Part shown: positions 17,668 to 27,883 of the stretch, in pieces
Layout of the letters: each line of letters opens with the position of its first letter
How positions within the stretch are numbered: the first letter of the stretch is position 1
The notes under the pieces: model-generated
Databases searched by the model: none
Seen by the model: the letters and a program-made list of their open reading frames with translations, nothing else
Told to the model about the DNA's origin: nothing
Translations under genes and position numbers: made by a program
Assembly: GCA_039028615.1 (NCBI GenBank)
Contig: JBCCHT010000052.1
Span: 1-64,000, forward strand
DNA from: Myxococcota bacterium
GTDB taxonomy: Bacteria > Myxococcota_A > Polyangia > Nannocystales > Nannocystaceae
DNA length: 64,000 nt
Direction of reading: 5' to 3'

Positions 17668-18573
17668 ATGCAAGGACATCGGCTTTTGGGGGGAGTGCTG
17701 GCCTTTGTGGGCGGCATCGCTTTGTCGTGCAACGGCAGCTCGGATGACGGCGGCGGCGGTGGAGGTGGTGCGTGCATCCCCGGGCAGCAGTTCGCCTGTG
17801 ACTGCCTCGACGGGGGCCAGGGCGTTCAGGTCTGTGACATCAGCGGAGACTCCCTCGGCCCGTGCACCTGCGATGGCGCCACCGGTGGGGGCGACGGCGC
17901 GACCGAAGGCGACACCGAGTTCGGCACCGCCGACGGCAGCGGCACGGGGGATGGCCTGTGCGGCAACACCTTCCCCGACCCGGGCGAGTGCGACGAGCAG
18001 AGCCCCGACTACTGCCCCGAGGACTGCGGTGGTCTCGACGGCGGGACCATGGATACCGGCACCGGAGGCGAGGGCAGCTGCTCGGACCTGCCGACCTACG
18101 TGGCCATGGTGCCCTCGGTCGCCTCGCGCTGGGAGAGCGGAGCCCTGACCGGATTCGGAGCGGGCGAAGCCATGTGCCAGATGGCCGCCGCAGCAGCCGG
18201 GGTTCCCAACTCCACCGACGTCACCGTGTGCAACTACCAGCAGGTCGTGCAGGCAGAGATGGCCGGCGAGTTCGCGGCGGTTGCCCCCGGCACCACCGCG
18301 TGGCTGCACCGGCTCACCGTGGCCAACATCGGAGCCACGCCCACGCAGCCGGGCCTGGGTGGTCGCTGCGTCGACTGGACCTACTCGACCAACCACATCT
18401 CGGACGGCGAGTTCGTCGACTTCCCCGGGGGCGGCGCGGTCAACTACAACCTCGACGCCGACACCTTCTACGACGGGGTCGACACCACGCATAGCCAACC
18501 CGGACTCCTCGAATGCGGCAGCCAGATGCGCGCCATCTTGTGCTGCAACCCGATATGCGATTCGTCCGGCTGA
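17668..18573 (+). CDS. Cys-rich lipoprotein with DUF1554/endostatin-like domain
   Basis: ALSC lipobox, GALTGFGAGEAMCQ, CVDWT, CGSQMRAILCC. Confidence 0.6.
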   Translation: MQGHRLLGGVLAFVGGIALSCNGSSDDGGGGGGGACIPGQQFACDCLDGGQGVQVCDISGDSLGPCTCDGATGGGDGATEGDTEFGTADGSGTGDGLCGNTFPDPGECDEQSPDYCPEDCGGLDGGTMDTGTGGEGSCSDLPTYVAMVPSVASRWESGALTGFGAGEAMCQMAAAAAGVPNSTDVTVCNYQQVVQAEMAGEFAAVAPGTTAWLHRLTVANIGATPTQPGLGGRCVDWTYSTNHISDGEFVDFPGGGAVNYNLDADTFYDGVDTTHSQPGLLECGSQMRAILCCNPICDSSG

Positions 18574-20048
18574 GTCGAGCTCGCCCCCGCGGGCTCTGGC
18601 TCGCGGGCGCGTCGCTGATGCTTCTCGCGGTCGGCGGGGAGGACCCCGTGCCGTGGCCCGGCACCCAGGCCCCCGACGACGCCGAGCTGAACGAGCAGAT
18701 CGAAGACGCCCTCGGCCTCAACGAGCTCGAGCGGGCCGAGGAATACCTCGAGGCCTGGGAAAAGGGCGAAGACGCCGAGCACATCTTCGTGCAGCAGGAG
18801 TGGATCGACGACGGTTTCTGGGACCTCGACCGGCTGTTCCAGTTCGGCGATGCGCTCTTCGGCCACGAGTTTCGGGCCGACGACGGCTACGGGCACGAGG
18901 GCAAGCCCGTGCCCATGCAGCGTGTGCACGAGGGGCGCCGCGGCGGGCTCGATACCTTCTCGTGTGCCGGCTGCCACTTCGTGGGCGGGGCCGACGGGGC
19001 GGGGACCATCGCCCAAAATGCGTTGTTGCTCGGGGATGGCGAGCACCTGGACTCGGCCGTCGTGCGCAACCCTCCCGCGGTCATTGGCCTCGGTCCGGTG
19101 CAAGCGCTCGCGACCGAGATGACCACCGACCTGCAGCTGCTCCGCGACGGGGCAGTCATGGCCGCGGACGAGTCGGGGCAAGCCCAGACCGTACAGATGC
19201 TCAGCAAGGGCGTGGAGTTCGGGCGGCTCACGGTGAGCGCCGAGGGACAGCTCGACACGAGCGAGCTCGAGGGTGTCGACGCGGATCTGGTGGTCAAGCC
19301 CTTCGGGTGGAAGGGCAACATCCCCAACCTCCGACGCGCTGTCGAAGACGCGGCGCGGGTGCACTTCGGCATTCAGTCCCATGTGCTCGCGCTGGAGCAC
19401 CAAGCCAATCCCGATCCCGAAGCGCTGGGCCGGGGCCCCGATTGGTTCGACCCCGACGAAGACGGACGCGCACGCGAGCTCGAAGAGGGCATCCTGACCG
19501 CGGCCGCCGTGTACCTCGCGATGCTCGAGTCGCCGCAGATCATCCCGCCCCACGACCCCGGGCTGCGCGATCGCTGGGCCAACGGCAGCGCGCTCTTCGA
19601 CGAGATCGGGTGCAACGACTGCCATCGTCGGGAGCTGCCCATGCTCAACGCCATCTGGCGCGAGTACTCGGACACCACCGAGGGTCCGCCCGTCGAGTTC
19701 AACCTCCTGTCGGACGGCGAGCACCCCAAAAGTGGCAACCGCGTGCAGCTGTTCAGCGACCTCAAGCGCCACGACATGGGCCCCGAGCTCGCCGATCCCT
19801 TCGAGGTCTCCCAGGACTCGATCCCCGCCGGAGTTTTCCTGACGCGCCCGCTGTGGGGCCTGGCCGAGTCACCGCCCTACCTGCACGACGGGCGAGCCGC
19901 CACCATTCCCGAGGCCATCGCCGCCCACGGTGGAGAGGCCGAGGCGTCGCGCGATGCCTTCACCGCGCTGAGCATCGACGACCGCGCCGACCTCCACGTG
20001 TTCCTGCTCTCCTTGTCTCGCGTACCACGATTGCGGGTGCCCCAATGA
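18555..20048 (+). CDS. Di-haem oxidoreductase (DHOR) family protein A
   Basis: CAGCH and CNDCH, RNPP, PFGWKG, FSDLKRHDMG, PLWGL..PYLHDGRA..HGGEA. Confidence 0.85.
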   Translation: MRFVRLSRARPRGLWLAGASLMLLAVGGEDPVPWPGTQAPDDAELNEQIEDALGLNELERAEEYLEAWEKGEDAEHIFVQQEWIDDGFWDLDRLFQFGDALFGHEFRADDGYGHEGKPVPMQRVHEGRRGGLDTFSCAGCHFVGGADGAGTIAQNALLLGDGEHLDSAVVRNPPAVIGLGPVQALATEMTTDLQLLRDGAVMAADESGQAQTVQMLSKGVEFGRLTVSAEGQLDTSELEGVDADLVVKPFGWKGNIPNLRRAVEDAARVHFGIQSHVLALEHQANPDPEALGRGPDWFDPDEDGRARELEEGILTAAAVYLAMLESPQIIPPHDPGLRDRWANGSALFDEIGCNDCHRRELPMLNAIWREYSDTTEGPPVEFNLLSDGEHPKSGNRVQLFSDLKRHDMGPELADPFEVSQDSIPAGVFLTRPLWGLAESPPYLHDGRAATIPEAIAAHGGEAEASRDAFTALSIDDRADLHVFLLSLSRVPRLRVPQ

Positions 20049-21556
20049 CCGCGGGCAACACCCGGGGCTCGCGAGGGGCGTGGACCCTGGCCTTGGGCCT
20101 GACCCTCGGCGGCTGCGGAGACCTCGACGGAGCCAATGCCGGCTTCATCAGCCGCGACACCGCCCAGCCCCTGGGCACCCTGTCGCGAGCTCGCCCCGCG
20201 GACGACCGCGAGCAAGCGCTCACTGCCCTGGCCGAGGACGCCTGGCGACGCGAGCATCGATTCCTGGACGCGGTCGACCCCGGGTACCTCTTTCGCAGCA
20301 CGCGGGTCCGCCAGGTCGAGATCGATGCCGGCCTGTGGAACGCGGAAGAGCTGTATCAGCTGGGCGGCCAGCTGTTCAGCCTGCACTTCTCGGCCGCGGT
20401 GGGCATGGGCGGCGGCGACCAGCCGGCGATCCGACGCTTCCACGAGGGTCGTCGCGGCGGCCCGGATGCGACGCGCTGTGTCTCGTGCCACTGGCGGGGC
20501 GGGCTCGTGGGCGCGGGCGATGCCGCCGACAACGCGATGCTCCGCGGGGACGGCAATCGAGAGTCGAGCACCATCCCCCGCAACCCGCCTGCGCTGATCG
20601 GGGCGGGCGTCGTGCAGCGACTCGCCGAGGAGATGAGCATCGAGCTCCGGACGCTGCAGAACGAGGCCTTGGCCTTCTCCGCCCAGGCCGACTACGCCCT
20701 GCGGCTGCCCATCACCGCCAAGGGCGTCGACTTCGGGTTCATCACCGTTCACCCCGACGGAGAGGTCGAGCACCACGAGCTCCAGGGGGTCGACAGCGAT
20801 CTGATCATCAAGCCCTTCGGGTGGAAGGGCACCATCCCCAACATCCGTGACGCGGCCGAAGACGCCCTGCTCATCCACCACGGCATGCAGAGCGAGACCC
20901 TGGTCATCGTCGGCGACGAGTCGCGGGTGGGTCCCTTTGGCGGAGACGACCCCGATGGCGACGGCGTGGTCGAAGAGATCCTCGAGGGGCAGGTCACCGC
21001 GCTGACCCTGTTCCTCGCCATGCAGGAGCTGCCGCAAGAACAACCCCCCGAGGACTCCCACCTGCTGACGCTGTGGGCCCGCGGGCGGCGGGACTTCGAG
21101 ACCCTGGGCTGTGCCGACTGCCACACGCCCTCGCTGGTACTCGACGATCCCGCCTACATCCTGCCCCACCGCTACGGAGGTTCGGCGCTGCGGGTCGACC
21201 TGAGCACCGAGGGCGTGGAGCCGCGGGTGCAGCCCGATGCCGAGACCGGCGAGTACACGATTCGGCTCTACAGCGACCTCAAGCGCCACGACATGGGCGA
21301 AGCCTTGACCGAGCGCCGCGGCGAGGCCGGGGTCGAGGCCGCCACCTTCATCACCCCACCGCTTTGGGGGCTGGCTCGCAGCCGGCCCTATCTGCACGAC
21401 GGACGGGCGGCGACCATCGAGGAGGCGATCCTGCTGCACGGGGGCGAGGCCGCCCGGGCACGCGACCGGTTCGCGTCGCTGAGCGAAGTCGACCGAGCGC
21501 CGTTGCGGATCTTCCTGACCTCCCTGACTCGGGCTCGTCGACTGGTGACCCAATGA
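20045..21556 (+). CDS. Di-haem oxidoreductase (DHOR) family protein B, lipoprotein
   Basis: ATGA overlap with gene A, LGGC lipobox, CVSCH and CADCH, same DHOR motifs. Confidence 0.85.
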   Translation: MTAGNTRGSRGAWTLALGLTLGGCGDLDGANAGFISRDTAQPLGTLSRARPADDREQALTALAEDAWRREHRFLDAVDPGYLFRSTRVRQVEIDAGLWNAEELYQLGGQLFSLHFSAAVGMGGGDQPAIRRFHEGRRGGPDATRCVSCHWRGGLVGAGDAADNAMLRGDGNRESSTIPRNPPALIGAGVVQRLAEEMSIELRTLQNEALAFSAQADYALRLPITAKGVDFGFITVHPDGEVEHHELQGVDSDLIIKPFGWKGTIPNIRDAAEDALLIHHGMQSETLVIVGDESRVGPFGGDDPDGDGVVEEILEGQVTALTLFLAMQELPQEQPPEDSHLLTLWARGRRDFETLGCADCHTPSLVLDDPAYILPHRYGGSALRVDLSTEGVEPRVQPDAETGEYTIRLYSDLKRHDMGEALTERRGEAGVEAATFITPPLWGLARSRPYLHDGRAATIEEAILLHGGEAARARDRFASLSEVDRAPLRIFLTSLTRARRLVTQ

Positions 21557-22965
21557 GGCGGACAGGCGTGGTGCTGCTGAGCGGCATCACGCTATCCGCA
21601 GCGTGTGCCCCGACCCCGGACGCAGACTGCCCGGCGTGGACGGTGACCGAAGAGGGTCAGTGTGTGCTGCGAAGCTGGCCGACCGAGCCGGTCGCCGTGG
21701 GAGACCCGGGCGCACTCGCGGTGCAAGCCGCCATGGGGCGCTCGGGCGAAGTACTGCTCGCGTGGACCCAGACCGATACCGAGGGCTCGACGCTGATGCT
21801 CGCCCACCCCGACTCGACGTCGACGGATGGCTGGTCGGTCACCGCCGCCCCCGGGCGCGGCGGTCAAGCCATGGAACCAGCCGTCGCCGTGGACCACGAG
21901 GGACGAGCGATGGTCGCCTGGCAGGAGCAAGGAGCGGAGCCCCTCGTCTACCTGGCGACTCGCGATACCGCTGGCGGCTGGTCGTGGCCCCAACTGCCGC
22001 TGTACGCCGTGCCGCAGTCGTACGAGCCGCGGGTGCACTTCGGCACCGATGGAGAGGCGCTGGTCGTGTGGAACCAGTGGGAAGACATGAACCTCGGGGT
22101 CGCGGTCGCCCGCCGTGCACCCGGCGATCCCGAGGGCGCCTTCGTAGGCCCGCAAGGGGCAGGCGACCTGCTCTCTCCACCCGTCAACTTCGCCAACGCG
22201 CCGCGGCTGGCCGTCGACGAACAGGGGCGAGCCCTGATCGCATGGTACCAGGCCCCCGTCGACGACCTGATGGTGTTCATCAGCGAGCGCCCCACGCTCG
22301 ATGCCGCCTTCAGTCAGCCCGGCGTCACCGACTTCATCTCTGCGCCGGGCGGTCCCGTGGACAGCCACGCGGAGGCCAATCCTCAGCCTGCGCTTCACTC
22401 TTCGGGGGCAGCCGCGGTGATCTGGACGCAGCAGACCGGATCCGATGCCATCGCGGTGTTCCTGGCCACGCGCGACCCCGACGGTGCGTGGCAGCGGCCG
22501 GCAACGCTGAGCGAGTCGCTCTCCGCCGCCGGGGTCGTGGCTCGCTGCCCACAGCTGGCCTTTGCGCCCGATGGCTCGCTGTTCGCCACCTGGTACGAGA
22601 CCGACGGAGACCGCACGGAGGTGATGCTCTGGCATCACCCACGGGACGGCAGCACGCCGGAGGCTCCGGTCCCGCTGTCGAGCGCGGGTGCGCGCGCGGT
22701 GCATCCCGCCTTGGCGCTCACCGCCGACGGCGACGCGATCCTGGCGTGGGCCGAGAGCACGGACGAGGCGCTGACCTGGCAGGTCCGGGCGCGGCTTTTC
22801 CAAGCGGCCGAGGACCGCTGGCTTCCCGCCCAGGCCCTCGGCGACGCGGCACCCGGTCAGGACCCCCGCCCGCAGGTCGTGCTCGGCCCCGAAGACCGAG
22901 CACTCGTGAGCTGGACCGAAGGCTCGGTCGTCGACGCGCGGGTCCGCGTGACCGAGCTGCGATGA
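21553..22965 (+). CDS. Lipoprotein with repeated P-x-x-A-x-x-x-x-G...W units, probable beta-propeller
   Basis: ATGA overlap, SAAC lipobox, ~7 degenerate repeats. Confidence 0.65.
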   Translation: MRRTGVVLLSGITLSAACAPTPDADCPAWTVTEEGQCVLRSWPTEPVAVGDPGALAVQAAMGRSGEVLLAWTQTDTEGSTLMLAHPDSTSTDGWSVTAAPGRGGQAMEPAVAVDHEGRAMVAWQEQGAEPLVYLATRDTAGGWSWPQLPLYAVPQSYEPRVHFGTDGEALVVWNQWEDMNLGVAVARRAPGDPEGAFVGPQGAGDLLSPPVNFANAPRLAVDEQGRALIAWYQAPVDDLMVFISERPTLDAAFSQPGVTDFISAPGGPVDSHAEANPQPALHSSGAAAVIWTQQTGSDAIAVFLATRDPDGAWQRPATLSESLSAAGVVARCPQLAFAPDGSLFATWYETDGDRTEVMLWHHPRDGSTPEAPVPLSSAGARAVHPALALTADGDAILAWAESTDEALTWQVRARLFQAAEDRWLPAQALGDAAPGQDPRPQVVLGPEDRALVSWTEGSVVDARVRVTELR

Positions 22966-22975
22966 GCCCGGTCGC

Positions 22976-23905
22976 CTACTTGCCGTTGCTGAGGCGATTG
23001 AGCTCGTCGTACCCGGGCAAGGCCGACAGATCGGGCATGACCACGATCTCGATGCGGCGGTTGCTCGAGCGCCCGGCCGCATCGTCGTTGCGCCCCGCGG
23101 GGCGGAACTCCCCGTAGCTGGCCGCGCTGAGCTGGCTCGAAGGCACGCCGCCCTCCTCGAGAGCGTCGAGCACGACCAGGGCCCGTGCCGCCCCCAGCTC
23201 CCAGTTGGAGGGGAACTTGGTCGTCTTGATCGGCACGTTGTCGGTATGCCCCTCGACCTGGAAGTTCCGCTTGGGAATGGTGGCGAGCACCTCCGCCACC
23301 TCGAGCAACGACGCATGGCCGGGCTCGGTCAGCGACGCCTGCCCGCTGGAGAACAGGATGTCCATCGGCAGCGCCAAGACCATGCGCCCGTCGACGACCT
23401 TGACCTCGAGCTTGCCCGCATCGATGAGCGAAGCGAAGCGCTCGAGCATCGCCCGGTAGTCGGCCACGCGACGGTCCGCGGCTTGCTGCCTCGCCCGCAG
23501 CTCGCCCAGCGCGGACTCCATCTGGTCGAGAGAGGCCTTGAGGGCGGAGCGACGCTCGATGACCGCGGCGAGTTCCTTCTCGGTGCCGGCCAGTCGCTGC
23601 TCGAGCCGGGCGAGCTCGGCGTCCTGGTTGGCCATCTCCGTCTCCAGCGCGATGACCTGGCGGCGGTACCCCTCGCGATCCTTGGTGGCCTGCTCGAGCG
23701 CACTGCCGAGCGTCTGCGCCTCACCCGTTCGCTGCGCCAGCTGCTCTTCGTAGGCGCTACGCTGGGCCGCCTGCTCCATGCGCAACGCCGCCTCCGTCTC
23801 GTCGAGGTCGTGCGCGAGCGCGTCGTACTTGCTCTTGGTGACGCAGCCCACCGTGAGCGTGGCCGCCAGCGGGACGAGGAGAACTCGGGTCCACATGCCC
23901 CGCAT
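22976..23905 (-). CDS. OmpA/MotB-family lipoprotein with long coiled coil
   Basis: TVGC lipobox, VEGHTDNVP, NWELGAARA, NRRIEI. Confidence 0.85.
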   Translation of the reverse strand: MRGMWTRVLLVPLAATLTVGCVTKSKYDALAHDLDETEAALRMEQAAQRSAYEEQLAQRTGEAQTLGSALEQATKDREGYRRQVIALETEMANQDAELARLEQRLAGTEKELAAVIERRSALKASLDQMESALGELRARQQAADRRVADYRAMLERFASLIDAGKLEVKVVDGRMVLALPMDILFSSGQASLTEPGHASLLEVAEVLATIPKRNFQVEGHTDNVPIKTTKFPSNWELGAARALVVLDALEEGGVPSSQLSAASYGEFRPAGRNDDAAGRSSNRRIEIVVMPDLSALPGYDELNRLSNGK

Positions 23906-24010
23906 GCTGCCTCAGGCCCGCCGCGAAGGCACGCCCCTTCCCTGCGCGGTTCGCCATCCCCACCGACGGGCGCTGCGGGGGCACCCAGCCCCGAACGTGG
24001 TGCAACCCGA

Positions 24011-25090
24011 TCAGGTGGCGCTGGATTCGTCTGCGCCCTTGCCTTCGACGGAGTCACCCGGCTGCTCGGACGATTCCTCGTCCGCGGGCGCGTCCTCGGA
24101 ATCCTCGGCGGACCCGGCCTCCGCCTCCGCCTCCGCCCGTGCCTTGGACTCGGCCTCGAGCTTGGCATCTCTCTCGCGGCGAAACTCCTGAATCTCCTCC
24201 ATCGACCACAACCACGCCGCCCCCCGCACCCCGCTCGAATCGCCGAACCGGTTGGGCAACAGCTTGGTCTTCACGGTCTCGGAGAACACGTACTCGCCCC
24301 ACTTGGCGCGGACGAACCGATAGATCTCGGGGATCTGAGAGACACCACCACCCAGCACGATGAAGTTGGGATCGAGCATGTTGATGGCCGACCCCAGCGC
24401 GCGCGCCAGCCGATCGCCGTAGATCTCGAGCGTGGCCAGGCACGCTTCGTCCCCCGCCTCCGCCCGCTCCGCCAGCCTCGCCGCCGAGATCGCATCCCCC
24501 GTGCGTTCCTCGTGATCGCGCTGGAGCGCGGGCCCGGACAAGAACGCCTCGATGCACCCCCGCCGACCACAGGTGCATTGCGGCCCCGGACGCTCGTCGT
24601 CGCGTGCCCCGGGCAGCGGGTTGTGCCCCCACTCGCCCGCGATGCCATTGATGCCGCCGATCAGCTTGCCGTCGACCACCACGCCGCCGCCGACACCCGT
24701 CCCGAGGATCACCCCGAACACCACTCGCCCGCCCGAGCCCGCGCCGTCGGTGGCCTCGGACAGCGCGAAGCAGTTGGAGTCGTTGGCCACCCGCACCGGG
24801 AGGGTCAGCCGCTTGCCGATGTCCTCGGCGAAGGGGCGGCCTTGGAGCGCGGTGTTGTAGGCGTTCTTGACGAGTCCGGTCTCGGGATCGATCGCGCCCG
24901 GGGTGCCAATGCCGACCGCGTCGATCTTGCCGACCTTGGCCTCCATGCGCCCCATCATGCTGACGATCGAGTCGATGACCTTCTCGTAGTTGTCGGGGGT
25001 CGAGACGCGAATCTTGCCGCGGACCTCCCCCATCGGATCCATGCCCACCGCCTCGATCTTCGTGCCCCCCAAATCGATCCCAACGCGCAT
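24011..25090 (-). CDS. ROK family sugar kinase (Mak/fructokinase-like)
   Basis: GIDLGGTKIE, ANDSNC, GTGVGGG, GEWGH, CTCGRRGCIE. Confidence 0.9.
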   Translation of the reverse strand: MRVGIDLGGTKIEAVGMDPMGEVRGKIRVSTPDNYEKVIDSIVSMMGRMEAKVGKIDAVGIGTPGAIDPETGLVKNAYNTALQGRPFAEDIGKRLTLPVRVANDSNCFALSEATDGAGSGGRVVFGVILGTGVGGGVVVDGKLIGGINGIAGEWGHNPLPGARDDERPGPQCTCGRRGCIEAFLSGPALQRDHEERTGDAISAARLAERAEAGDEACLATLEIYGDRLARALGSAINMLDPNFIVLGGGVSQIPEIYRFVRAKWGEYVFSETVKTKLLPNRFGDSSGVRGAAWLWSMEEIQEFRRERDAKLEAESKARAEAEAEAGSAEDSEDAPADEESSEQPGDSVEGKGADESSAT

Positions 25091-25412
25091 ACCGTTGACC
25101 ATGGTACGGCTCGCAACGACGGGCGGCAACGATGCTCCTGCCCTCGCGAGGGTTCGGGAATGGACACGATCGAAGGAAGTTTTCGACCCGGCGCAGCGGC
25201 GATGAATGTTACGACTGGACCTCTTTGGCACCCTCGTTCGACGCTATCGAATTCGAGCCCGGACGCCCGATGGCCCGCATGAGTCCGTCAACGCCCGCGT
25301 AGCGCCAAAACGTCGTCAATCCAACAAAGCTCCAACGACCCCCGACCGCATACATTCAGTCGCCGATTTAGCCCTGCGACCGCCGTGCTTGGCAGAGCTC
25401 GCGGCCGCGGGA

Positions 25413-26252
25413 TCAGGCCGGCGCCGGGGCGGGTCGATAGCCATCGCCCTCGCGCACCACGACCCCATCGCCGTGCAGCTTGTGCAGATGCGCGTCGAGA
25501 GCCCTGGCCGCCAGCGGCCACAGCATGCGCGGCGTGTCCTCGTAGGCGATGGCCACGATCTCATCGAGGGTGACCGCGCCCTTTTCGATGGCCGCCACCA
25601 CCTTCTCTTCACGAGCCAGGCGGTGCGAGATGTAATGATCGACGATGGCCTGTGGGTCCTCGAGCACGGGGCCGTGGGCGGGGATCAGCGCCTTCGTGCC
25701 CAGCTCCCCGAGCCGTCGCAGCGAGTCGAGGTATTGCGACATGTCGCCGTCGTCGCTGCGATCGATCAAGATCGTGCCCTCGCCCGCGACCATGTCCCCC
25801 GCGTGGGCGATGCCCGAGCGCAGCTCGTGGAACACCAGGTGACCGGGGGCATGCCCGGGGGTATGCACCGCCCGCAGCTTCACCCCATCGCCCAGCTCGA
25901 CGATGTCGTCGTCTTCGAGCTCGTGGTCGATGGTCATCGAGAGCTTCGCGGCCGTCTTCGCGTGGGCGTAGAGCGGGACCCCGTGGAGCTGCCGCAGGCG
26001 CTCTACGTCGCCGACGTGATCGGGATGATGGTGGGTCACCAACAACATCCCGACCTCGCGGCCCTCGGCCACGAGCCGCGCGACCGTGTCGTCGAGCACG
26101 CGCTGCTGATCTTCGAAGGGCGTTGCGGGCTCGACGAGGGCGAGCTTCGACTCGCCCACGATCATCAAGTTGGTGTGGGTGGCGGGCGGCAAGGTCGGCG
26201 TGCGCACGGGCAGGCGCCAGACCCCGGGCGCGAGCGACTCGAGTCCAGACAC
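25413..26252 (-). CDS. MBL-fold metallo-hydrolase (LACTB2-like)
   Basis: THHHPDH, HTPGHAPGH, AGD, PAHG motifs. Confidence 0.85.
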   Translation of the reverse strand: MSGLESLAPGVWRLPVRTPTLPPATHTNLMIVGESKLALVEPATPFEDQQRVLDDTVARLVAEGREVGMLLVTHHHPDHVGDVERLRQLHGVPLYAHAKTAAKLSMTIDHELEDDDIVELGDGVKLRAVHTPGHAPGHLVFHELRSGIAHAGDMVAGEGTILIDRSDDGDMSQYLDSLRRLGELGTKALIPAHGPVLEDPQAIVDHYISHRLAREEKVVAAIEKGAVTLDEIVAIAYEDTPRMLWPLAARALDAHLHKLHGDGVVVREGDGYRPAPAPA

Positions 26253-26307
26253 ACACGCAGGGTAGCACCAGGGCGGGCCCCCACGAACCCGCCCTGGCGC
26301 CGCCCGC

Positions 26308-27573
26308 TCAGCTGTAGGTGCAGTTGGGGATCGTCGAGTACTGATCTTCGTGGTTGTTGTCTTCGTTGCTCTCGTCGACGCTCTGGACGGTGTCGAGCAA
26401 GATGTCGACCCACCCCGACTGGCCCTGGAAGCTCTGTGGGATGGGCACCGAGACCAACGCCGACTCCCCGGGATCGAGGTAGGGCGTGAGGCGATAGTGC
26501 GGCGACAAGTCACCGATGGCCGGGGGCGAGGACAGCCCCACGAACACGTCGACATAGCCGCGCCCTCGGGTCAGCCCCTGGTTTTTCACCGTCACGTTGA
26601 CGGTGGGCGATCCGCCCGTCCCCGTACAGCCGAGGCCGATCGTTCCCACCTGCACCAGGTCGATGCGAATACTCTCCTCGAGCCAGTCACCGATATTGGG
26701 CTTGGCCACACCATTGGCATCCGTGCCGCCTTCGCCGAAGGTGGCCACGTAGCGGCCGCCGCAGCTTTGCACGCCCTGGGCCACGCCCACCGTGTGACGG
26801 ATGCCGGTCGAGTAGTCGTACCAGAGCAGCGGGCTGCCCGAGTCTCCGGGCTGAACCGTGGCACAGTCGTCCCCGGTCGCCCGCATCATGTTCAGCTGGG
26901 TGATGCTGAAGGGCGCGAACGGAAACGCGGTCACGCTGCCCGTGGCCCGCCGACGGATCGGTGCCGGGACTCCGTCGTCGTTGACCCCGAAGCCGATCAT
27001 GGTGAAGTCCTGGGCCGACAGCCACGTGAAGGCATCACCGCCGCCCGGGATGTCGGTCAGCGGCACGGCCGGCGTAGCCACCGAGGCAGGCACGGGGCCC
27101 GTGAGGCGGATCAGCACGATGTCGTCGAACCCGGCCTGGTTGTAGGCCGTGGCGTTCACCGTGTGCTTCGGAGCGCTTCGATTTTCACCGAAGCCGATGG
27201 TCACGGGAGCCATGTCGTACCAAGTCCCCGGCACGGCCCCGCCCAGCGGCGGAGGGACGGTGAGGCAGTGGCCCGCGGTGAGCACATGACGCTCACCGAC
27301 CAGCGTGCCGGTACAGCCGCCGCCGACCAGCACCACCGAGTCCATCCAATAGCCCGGGGCTTCCACCCCGTTGAGTAGTCGATCATCGGCCTCGTCGAGG
27401 ACCTCTTCATAGTCCTCGTCCCCGTCGATGGGCTCCTCCATATCGCACGCGGTGGACATCAGCGCGGTGAGGGTCGCCGCCAGCAGCAGCCGGCCGTGAC
27501 GATGAGCCGCGCGGGATGCTCGGCCGGGGGCGTGGGGGGCTTCGAGGGTGACTTCGTAGTTGTCGTTCATCAT
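26308..27573 (-). CDS. Trypsin-like (S1) serine protease with C-terminal CARDB-like domain
   Basis: LTAGHC, DIVLIRL, GDSGSP; VDESNEDNN near the C-terminus. Confidence 0.85.
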   Translation of the reverse strand: MMNDNYEVTLEAPHAPGRASRAAHRHGRLLLAATLTALMSTACDMEEPIDGDEDYEEVLDEADDRLLNGVEAPGYWMDSVVLVGGGCTGTLVGERHVLTAGHCLTVPPPLGGAVPGTWYDMAPVTIGFGENRSAPKHTVNATAYNQAGFDDIVLIRLTGPVPASVATPAVPLTDIPGGGDAFTWLSAQDFTMIGFGVNDDGVPAPIRRRATGSVTAFPFAPFSITQLNMMRATGDDCATVQPGDSGSPLLWYDYSTGIRHTVGVAQGVQSCGGRYVATFGEGGTDANGVAKPNIGDWLEESIRIDLVQVGTIGLGCTGTGGSPTVNVTVKNQGLTRGRGYVDVFVGLSSPPAIGDLSPHYRLTPYLDPGESALVSVPIPQSFQGQSGWVDILLDTVQSVDESNEDNNHEDQYSTIPNCTYS

Positions 27574-27883
27574 GCGTCTTTGGTTTGGGGGCGACGCCGG
27601 GACCTGCCGTTTGGAAGCGCTGTCCCGACCTCGGCCCCCGAAGTGCGGCGAGGTGGGCAAGCGTTCCCGATCACGGACACATTTTTTCTCGGGAACGTTC
27701 GGGGCCCTCGCGACACTTGGACGACGAGCGAACCAACTCACCGTCATCGTGGTCCTCCGTACTCACCAAGTCCCCCAATGTGCGCCCGAGCAGGGTTCGG
27801 TGTGCACCGGGTCGGGGCCGGAGCTCGGGCGAGGGAGACGCCCGGGCTTCGGCCCCTGGCCTCGTCCGCGATGGGCGACCGGC

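Noticed and set aside
18281..20044. N-terminal half of the 1091-aa ORF as a giant fusion
   Set aside because: It is Arg/Ala/Pro-rich off-frame read-through over DHOR gene A; the real gene starts at ATG 20045.
25200..25400. Sigma-54 promoter at TGGCAC (~25226)
   Set aside because: No TTGC at the required -12 spacing.
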